A program made the translations under genes and the position numbers. Source: PVC group bacterium (lineage in GTDB: Bacteria; Omnitrophota; Gorgyraeia; B26-G9). From it: 64,000 nucleotides of DNA. Below the pieces are notes generated by a model. It was not told the origin of the DNA. It saw only the letters and a list, made by a program, of their open reading frames with translations, and did not search any database. Below are positions 57,322 to 64,000 of this stretch, one piece after another. The first letter of the stretch is position 1. Every line of letters starts with the position of its first letter. The DNA lies in assembly GCA_024231215.1 (NCBI GenBank), contig JAAEQR010000072.1:385210-449209 (forward strand). The letters are read 5' to 3'.

Positions 57322-58884
57322 ATGGCCAATATTTTATTTGTTGATAAGGGGATACCGAGCATAGGCATTGCTTATATGGCTTCATTTTTAAAAAAATATG
57401 GACATAGAGTGCATTATCTGCGGGCATCTTTAAAATCCATGTTTTCTCCTAACGTTGAGATTGATGTTGATAGTTATATAAAAAATAAATTAGGTAATAA
57501 AGTAGATATTTTCTGTTTTTCGGTCATGGCGATCGATTGGGGGTGGGTAAAGGGAAAAATATCAATTTTAAAAAAGAAATATCCAAAAACTCCTATTTTA
57601 GTTGGAGGTTCATTTGCCACATTATCTCCAGAGGTTATTTTGCGTGATTCTGAGGCTGATTATGTTTGTAACGGAGATGGTGAAAAACCGCTTTTAGCTA
57701 TTGCCCAGAGCCTGGATTCTAAGACACTAGTTAAAGATGTAGAAGCAATAGATAACATTGGATATAAAAAAAACGGGGAATCTGTGATAAAAGACATGTC
57801 CTATCAGGTTGATAATCTGGATGATTATCCTTTTCCTGATTTTAGTATTTATCATGGGCAGTTTTCCAGAGATTTTTTTGTCAATCCCCGGTTAATAACA
57901 AGCCGGGGATGTTCGTTTTCATGTACTTACTGTTCCTGCCCGAATTTAAACAAATTGTACTCGAAAACCGGAAAATTTGTGCGACGACACTCTGTTCCTT
58001 ATATGATCGAATTTTTATCTAAGATGAAGGATGCTTATAAAAGCAAAAATTTCACATTTAACGATGATATTTTTTTTCTTGATAAAAAATGGTTAAAAGA
58101 TTTTGCGCGTGAATATAAAAAGAAAATAAATGTGCCTAATATATGTATAGGTAATCCTAATTTTATTGATGATGAAGTCGCTGAATCATTAAAAGAGATA
58201 CGGTGTAGATTGGTTATTCTGGGGTTACAAAGTGGGTCAGAAGAGGTTAGGAAAAAATTGCGAAGATCTGAAAGTAATTCTAAAGTAGTAGAGATAACAC
58301 GTTGTTTAAAGAAAGCTTCAGTAAGTTTTTCTATAAACCATATTTTTGATTTACCTTTTGATACTGTAAATAATATCCAAGAAAGTGCGGGCTTATATAA
58401 TAAAGTCAGGCCGAATATGCTAGACACATTTTCTTTGGCATATTTTCCTAAGGCGGAAATCATAAAAGACGCTGTAGCTGCGGGGAGATTATCCGAAGAA
58501 GATGTTATCCAGATAGAATCCGGAAAATGCAGCGGACAAATTAATCCGTATAAACACCAGGCAAAGACTAATTATCAATGTTATAATCTTTTTTTTAACA
58601 TGATTCCGGTATTGCCCAAAAAAGTAATAAATTTTTTAATATCACCTAAGAGATTTCAGCGTGTTTGCAGACTATTTTCTTATTTACCGGGAGAGGTGTC
58701 TGCGTTAATAAAATTGTGCCTTGCTTTCAAAAATCACACACAGTTTATACAAACTAGTGCTTTTCATGAAATCATATTCTATATTAACTATAAGTGGCAA
58801 TTTAAATTACGCAATGTATTTACTTCTCTAAGTCAAAAATATAACAAGAATACAAGTTCAGTTGTGGGCAATGTAACCAGTTAG
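57322..58884 (+). CDS. B12-binding-domain radical SAM protein
   Basis: GIAYMAS, VGG, GDGE, SRGCSFSCTYC, DDIF, GLQSG. Confidence 0.87.
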   Translation: MANILFVDKGIPSIGIAYMASFLKKYGHRVHYLRASLKSMFSPNVEIDVDSYIKNKLGNKVDIFCFSVMAIDWGWVKGKISILKKKYPKTPILVGGSFATLSPEVILRDSEADYVCNGDGEKPLLAIAQSLDSKTLVKDVEAIDNIGYKKNGESVIKDMSYQVDNLDDYPFPDFSIYHGQFSRDFFVNPRLITSRGCSFSCTYCSCPNLNKLYSKTGKFVRRHSVPYMIEFLSKMKDAYKSKNFTFNDDIFFLDKKWLKDFAREYKKKINVPNICIGNPNFIDDEVAESLKEIRCRLVILGLQSGSEEVRKKLRRSESNSKVVEITRCLKKASVSFSINHIFDLPFDTVNNIQESAGLYNKVRPNMLDTFSLAYFPKAEIIKDAVAAGRLSEEDVIQIESGKCSGQINPYKHQAKTNYQCYNLFFNMIPVLPKKVINFLISPKRFQRVCRLFSYLPGEVSALIKLCLAFKNHTQFIQTSAFHEIIFYINYKWQFKLRNVFTSLSQKYNKNTSSVVGNVTS

Positions 58885-58897
58885 GATATAATGGATT

Positions 58898-60346
58898 ATG
58901 AATGCTTCGATAAATGATACTAGTGGAATCCGTTGTTTTTTACTTGTGCCTCCGGAAGAAAAAACAAAAAAAGATAATGAAGTAGGACAAGAAGGGATTT
59001 TTCCTCCGTTAGGATTAGCATATTTAGCTGCTGTTTTAAGAAACAATAATATTCAGGTGAAGATTTTTGATGCACTTGCTAGCCGTTTAAGTATGGAAGA
59101 TGTTTGTGAGATTATTCAACGTGAAAAACCTGATTTTTGCGGTATTACTGTTTTGTCGCAACAAATAAAAGCAGTTCAAAAACTAGTAGCAAAACTTAAA
59201 ATAATATCTCCCTCAACCAAAATTGTGCTGGGGGGACCTCATATTCACTTTGAACATGAAAATGTTATAATTGATTCTAATGTTGATTTTTGTGTAAGAG
59301 GAGAAGGTGAGGAGACTGTTCTTGAATTAATCCAAGCGGTTAATAAAAAAACGGATTTACGGGTAGTCAAAGGCATAGTTTTTAAAGACGAGAACAATAA
59401 AGTAGTAATTAATGAGCAACGGCAATATATAAAAAATTTGGATGAGATTCCTTTTCCGGCGCGGGATTTGCTGCCGATGCAGACTTATAAAGCTCCCATA
59501 TCTTTGGGAAGCCCGGGAAGGCCGTTTACTTCGGTTTTGGCAACGAGAGGATGTCCATTTAAATGCCATTATTGTTCTCTTACCGCGATGTGGGGGAATC
59601 AACGTAGAAGATCAGTCGAAAACGTTCTTGATGAACTAGAGGAATTACAGGAAAAATATGGCATAAAATATGTTAGTTTTGTTGATGATCTTCTTGTCGT
59701 AAATAAAAAATGGGCTATTGCGCTTTGTCAAGGTATGAGAGAAAGAGGGATTAATATTGAATGGGATTGTTGCGGCCGGATTGGAGTGATGGACGAGGAG
59801 CTTTTATTAGAAATGAAAAAGGCAAATTGTCGATGTGTGATTTATGGTATTGAATTTGGAAGTCAGAAAATACTCGATTGGATTCAACGGTGTTACACAA
59901 TACAGCAGGTTATAGATACTGTTGAAATGACAGCGAAAGCAAAAATACCAATAAAAGGGTTATTTATGATGGGCTATCCGACAGAAACAAAGGAAACTTT
60001 GCAGGAAACTATATCGTTAGCTAAAAAACTCAAATTAGATTATGTAACACTTTCTATTGTGGCTCCGTATTCCGGAACTAAGTTATATGAATATTGTAAG
60101 GAAAACAACGTACTTTGTGATATGGACCAAAAGGGTAAAGATGTATTACAACTTCGCTATAAAGCAATTGCTTTAGAACATTTAACCGTAGATGATCTCA
60201 TTAATTATTATAAAAAGTTTTATTTTGCGTACATTATGCGTCCATCTTATATTTGGTTAATGCTTACTCGTCATCCACAAAAAGTATTAGCGTTTGGTCC
60301 GAGATTTTTAAAATGGTTATTTTTAGGCAAATGGGAGAATAGTTAA
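58898..60346 (+). CDS. B12-binding-domain radical SAM protein
   Basis: PPLGLAYLA, GGPH, GEGE, TRGCPFKCHYC, GIEFG, MMGYPTE. Confidence 0.9.
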   Translation: MNASINDTSGIRCFLLVPPEEKTKKDNEVGQEGIFPPLGLAYLAAVLRNNNIQVKIFDALASRLSMEDVCEIIQREKPDFCGITVLSQQIKAVQKLVAKLKIISPSTKIVLGGPHIHFEHENVIIDSNVDFCVRGEGEETVLELIQAVNKKTDLRVVKGIVFKDENNKVVINEQRQYIKNLDEIPFPARDLLPMQTYKAPISLGSPGRPFTSVLATRGCPFKCHYCSLTAMWGNQRRRSVENVLDELEELQEKYGIKYVSFVDDLLVVNKKWAIALCQGMRERGINIEWDCCGRIGVMDEELLLEMKKANCRCVIYGIEFGSQKILDWIQRCYTIQQVIDTVEMTAKAKIPIKGLFMMGYPTETKETLQETISLAKKLKLDYVTLSIVAPYSGTKLYEYCKENNVLCDMDQKGKDVLQLRYKAIALEHLTVDDLINYYKKFYFAYIMRPSYIWLMLTRHPQKVLAFGPRFLKWLFLGKWENS

Positions 60347-60352
60347 TAGTAC

Positions 60353-61813
60353 ATGAAAGATAAAATGAAAATTATCCTTTTTCGCCCCAATTATGACGTG
60401 CATGTTGTTTTTCCTCCCATGGCTTTGGGCTATTTGGCTGCGTCGTTGATCAAGGAAGGACATCAAGTTGATATTTATGATGGTACACTTAAGAATTCTT
60501 CAACGCAGGATTTTTTAAAAGAAATAGAAGAAACAGCTCCTGATTTGATCGGGATAACGGTTATGAGCCGAGGCCATGCAAAGGTTAGAGATGTTGTTAA
60601 GCTGATAAAAAATACGTGTGATATTCCTATAGTAATTGGCGGTCCTCAGGTAACAGCATTACCCGAGATTGTGTTGAAGGATATTGGTGCAGATTTTGCT
60701 GTTTTTGGTGAAGGAGAGATAACTATTTGTGAGCTTGCACAAGCAATGGTTTCAGGCAAGCAGAGCTATGATTCTATAAATGGATTAGCTTATGTGGCAA
60801 AAGACGGGACCATTATTGTGAATAACCCGCGGGAACTTATAAAAGACTTAGATCAAATTTCATTTCCGGCATGGCAGCTTATGAATCCTGCGGATTATCG
60901 GATTGTACCGATTTTAGCCCCAGCCAAAGGATATCCTATCGCGCCGATTGTAACTTCCCGGGGTTGTCCTTTTCTGTGTACCTTTTGTGCTTCAAATGTA
61001 ACATGGAAAAATAAATTTCGAGTTAGAAGTCCGGAAAATGTAGTAGATGAAATTAAACTTCTTGTTGAAAAATTTGGCGTGCGTGAAATATATATAACAG
61101 ATGATAATCTTACTTTAAATAGAAAACATGCCGAAGCTATTTGTGATGAAATAATGAAGGCTGGACTTAAGATTTCCTGGCAATGCCCGAATGGAGTGAG
61201 GATTGATCATCTTGATCAGAAACTTTTGGCAAAGATGAAAAAAGCAGGGTGTTATAGTGTAGGCTTAGGTATCGAGTCTGCTAATAAGGAAATTCTTTGT
61301 AATATTAAGAAACAGCTTGATCTTTCTGTTGTTAAGAAAGTTCTGATTGATTTAAAAAAAGCTGGAATTATGTCGTATGGTTTTTTTGTTTTTGGCTTGC
61401 CGGGGGAAACGCACGAGACCATTCGTGAAACTATTGATTTTGCTAAAAATAATCCTTTTGACCGTGCATGGTTTAATATTTTAACTCCCTATCCCGGGTC
61501 TGAAATATTTAATGATTGGATTGGCGAACGTTCCTTTGCTGATATTGATTGGGAGACTCATGACGGCAGTACGGCGGTTATTGATACGGTAGAGTTGTCT
61601 AGTGCGGAATTAGAGGAGTATCAAACAAAAGCTGTGAGGGAATTTTATTTGCGGCCGCGGATTGTACTTTCTCTTATGCGGCATATTAGAATTAAGCAAA
61701 TAATAACTATATCTATGACCAGGTTTTTTAAGAAAAGGTATAATATTTTCAAAATAATCCACCAAGCAGCACATTTTTTTGTAAGAAAACGAGTTAAGCA
61801 AAAGACAAACTAA
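60353..61813 (+). CDS. B12-binding-domain radical SAM protein
   Basis: PPMALGYLA, GGPQ, GEGE, SRGCPFLCTFC, GIES, FGLPGE, PYPGS. Confidence 0.9.
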   Translation: MKDKMKIILFRPNYDVHVVFPPMALGYLAASLIKEGHQVDIYDGTLKNSSTQDFLKEIEETAPDLIGITVMSRGHAKVRDVVKLIKNTCDIPIVIGGPQVTALPEIVLKDIGADFAVFGEGEITICELAQAMVSGKQSYDSINGLAYVAKDGTIIVNNPRELIKDLDQISFPAWQLMNPADYRIVPILAPAKGYPIAPIVTSRGCPFLCTFCASNVTWKNKFRVRSPENVVDEIKLLVEKFGVREIYITDDNLTLNRKHAEAICDEIMKAGLKISWQCPNGVRIDHLDQKLLAKMKKAGCYSVGLGIESANKEILCNIKKQLDLSVVKKVLIDLKKAGIMSYGFFVFGLPGETHETIRETIDFAKNNPFDRAWFNILTPYPGSEIFNDWIGERSFADIDWETHDGSTAVIDTVELSSAELEEYQTKAVREFYLRPRIVLSLMRHIRIKQIITISMTRFFKKRYNIFKIIHQAAHFFVRKRVKQKTN

Positions 61814-61824
61814 AAAAGGCTTTT

Positions 61825-62643
61825 ATGAGTAATCCCCTAATTTCTGTGCTTATGCCTGCGTATAATGCGAAGCAGTATATTAAAGAGGCGATTGAAAGTA
61901 TTATAAATCAGACGTTTAAGGATTTTGAATTTATCATTATCGATGATAATAGCAAAGATAATACCTGGGACATAATACAGGAGTATGCTCATAAAGATTC
62001 AAGAATAGTCGCTTTAAAGAATGATGAAAACTTGAAATTAAGCAAAACTTTAAATAAGGGGCTAGCTCAAGCTAAAGGCAAGTATATAGCAAGAATGGAT
62101 GCGGATGATATATCCGTGCCGGATCGATTTCAAAAACAAATTAATTACATGGAAAGATATCCGGAGGTAGGTATTCTCGGTGGAGCCATGGAATTAAGGG
62201 ATATAAATGATAAATTTATTGGGATTAGAAAATATAGCGTAATGGATGAAAAGATAAAGAAATATATTTACAGATATTGTCCTTTTTGCCATCCGGCTAT
62301 AATGCTTAAGAAAGATGTTTTAAATCAGGTTGGTGGTTATAATGAACAATGGAACCCGGCGGAAGATTACGATTTATATTTTCGGATCGGAAAAATCACA
62401 AAGTTTGCTAATTTAAAGGATATATTAATAAAGTACAGAGTTGTGCCGCAATCAATGACTACCGGATTAACGAATGAGATGTATTTAAAAACAATAAAAA
62501 TTAGGCTCAAATATGCGAAAGATAAAGATTATAAAATGAGTTTATTTGATAGAATGTACACAATGTTACAATTTGCCGCTATTTATATTCTGCCGACAAA
62601 AGTTAAGATCTGGATATTCCATATACTACGGGATTCAAAGTAA
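61825..62643 (+). CDS. GT2 glycosyltransferase
   Basis: VLMPAYN, IDDNSKD, RMDADD, HPAI, AEDYDL. Confidence 0.9.
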   Translation: MSNPLISVLMPAYNAKQYIKEAIESIINQTFKDFEFIIIDDNSKDNTWDIIQEYAHKDSRIVALKNDENLKLSKTLNKGLAQAKGKYIARMDADDISVPDRFQKQINYMERYPEVGILGGAMELRDINDKFIGIRKYSVMDEKIKKYIYRYCPFCHPAIMLKKDVLNQVGGYNEQWNPAEDYDLYFRIGKITKFANLKDILIKYRVVPQSMTTGLTNEMYLKTIKIRLKYAKDKDYKMSLFDRMYTMLQFAAIYILPTKVKIWIFHILRDSK

Positions 62644-62647
62644 TGCG

Positions 62648-63796
62648 ATGAAAAAAAATATTAATATTGTTATTGTTTCTCATAAATTTCTTACCCAGCC
62701 GGACGATGATCTTGTTTTGTTTTTGAATGATGAAAAGTGTAAAAACGTATTACATATTCGGCACAGTTTTACTGATGCTGCGGATAGGAGAAGCTGGTTT
62801 ACTTGGTATAAAGATGGGGAAACTTATAAAGAATATGCAACCAAGGATTATAAATGGCTTCCTGAACCATTGATATATTTGAAGGAAACGTATTTTACTT
62901 TTAAATGGTTGTGGTTTAGCGGTATAGTTTGGGATGTTTATATTGGGATGGATGGGCTTTGTGTTGGGTGGGGTAATATATCAAGATTTTCTAAAAAAGT
63001 AAAAAAGACAATATTTTGGGCTATAGATTTCGTGCCGAAAAATCGGTTTAAACAGAAAATTAAAAATAAAATATACCATTGGATAAACGTTAAGGGATAT
63101 AAAAAATCTGATGAAATGTGGGATCTTTGTTCTCGGATGAAAGAAGCTCGCAGTAAATTTTTAGGAGTTAAAGAGACTGATTATCGAGTGCATAGGGTCG
63201 TTCCTTATGGGGTGTGGGGTGACAATATTAGAAAATATTCATACCGGGATTGTGATCAGAAAACCCTGGTTTTTATGGGGCATTTGCTTAAAAAACAGGG
63301 TGTGCAGCTGGTTATAGACGCGATACCTGAATTGATTGAAAAGATTCCTGGGTTTCATTTTAAGATAATCGGCGGCGGTGCCTATAGAGATGAATTACTA
63401 GCACATGCTCAAAAACTTAAAGTTGCCCAATATTGTGAGTTTAAAGGTAAAATTAAAGACCATTCTCAAGTAGAAGAAGAAATCGCAAAATCTTCTCTGG
63501 CAGTTGCTCCATATATAAAAAAATATGATACTTGGACCTATTATACTGATCCTGGAAAAGTAAAGGTTTACCTGGCTTGCGGGGTGCCTGTATTGCTTAC
63601 AGATATTCCCTGGAATGCAAGGGAGATTGAAGATAATAAAGCCGGGGCAGTGATTAAGGAAGATAAGGTTGTTTTATCTGAGCAGATTGTAAAACTTATG
63701 ACGGATGAGAATTTAAATCAGAAATATAGAGAGAATGCTATTAAATATGCTGAGCAGTTTAATTATAAGAATATTTTTAAGGGGTTAAATTTGTGA
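62648..63796 (+). CDS. GT4-like glycosyltransferase, paralog of 55079-56269
   Basis: FMGHLLKKQG, WTYYTDPGKVKVYLACGVPV; start moved to ATG 62648. Confidence 0.82.
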   Translation: MKKNINIVIVSHKFLTQPDDDLVLFLNDEKCKNVLHIRHSFTDAADRRSWFTWYKDGETYKEYATKDYKWLPEPLIYLKETYFTFKWLWFSGIVWDVYIGMDGLCVGWGNISRFSKKVKKTIFWAIDFVPKNRFKQKIKNKIYHWINVKGYKKSDEMWDLCSRMKEARSKFLGVKETDYRVHRVVPYGVWGDNIRKYSYRDCDQKTLVFMGHLLKKQGVQLVIDAIPELIEKIPGFHFKIIGGGAYRDELLAHAQKLKVAQYCEFKGKIKDHSQVEEEIAKSSLAVAPYIKKYDTWTYYTDPGKVKVYLACGVPVLLTDIPWNAREIEDNKAGAVIKEDKVVLSEQIVKLMTDENLNQKYRENAIKYAEQFNYKNIFKGLNL

Positions 63797-64000
63797 GAAT
63801 TCTATATCAAATACCAAGTTTAGAAAGTGTATATGCGGCGCGGTTTATTTACGAAGGATATAAAGACGCGTTTTTAGATGGCGGGCATGAATTTAAGCCG
63901 TATACAGCACAAGCTAATTTAGGAGAAATGCTGGATGAGTTTAATCCGCATATATTTATTTCTTCTCTTTGTCAATATTCGCTTAAATTTCTTGATCTTG
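63793..64000 (+). CDS. N-terminus of the next gene, probably another glycosyltransferase (3'-truncated)
   Basis: GTG overlapping the previous TGA; open frame MRILYQIPSLESVYAARFIYEGYKDAF... to the window end. Confidence 0.6.
   Translation, partial: MRILYQIPSLESVYAARFIYEGYKDAFLDGGHEFKPYTAQANLGEMLDEFNPHIFISSLCQYSLKFLDL

Noticed and set aside
1874-61801. The many other 60-140 aa ORFs nested in or antisense to annotated genes
   Set aside because: All overlap strongly supported CDSs and show no family signatures

Overview
AT-rich bacterial chromosome segment with nearly all genes on the + strand. Gene content and sequence style suggest a PVC-superphylum organism such as Candidatus Omnitrophota (inference only). 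Layout: (1) 1-15.6 kb, a dcw cluster (rsmH-ftsL-ftsI-murE-murF-mraY-murD-ftsW-murG-murC-murB-ddl-ftsQ-ftsA) with no ftsZ after ftsA. A ~100-bp multi-hairpin element with terminal inverted repeats starts at the ftsA stop codon. (2) 15.7-23.3 kb, a c-di-GMP/pilus signalling block: REC-HD-GYP, PilT/PilU ATPase, radical SAM protein, CxxCH-containing sensor kinase, second kinase, single-domain receiver, REC-GAF-GGDEF. (3) 23.4-37.4 kb, housekeeping genes: yggS, proC, ileS, DksA/TraR-like, lspA, lgt, two RluA-family synthases, DEAD-box helicase, beta-propeller hydrolase, GT2, PilZ protein, nadE, hisH, hisF. The nadE-hisH-hisF stretch carries GTAG-type REP-like hairpins and 7-bp tandem repeat arrays, some translated in-frame inside HisH and HisF. 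(4) 37.6-64 kb, a large surface-glycan locus running off the right edge, with a flippase, about ten glycosyltransferases, UDP-xylose, CDP-3,6-dideoxyhexose and GDP-fucose/colitose-type pathways, and four B12-binding-domain radical SAM enzymes. I saw no rRNA, tRNA, CRISPR array or intact transposase.
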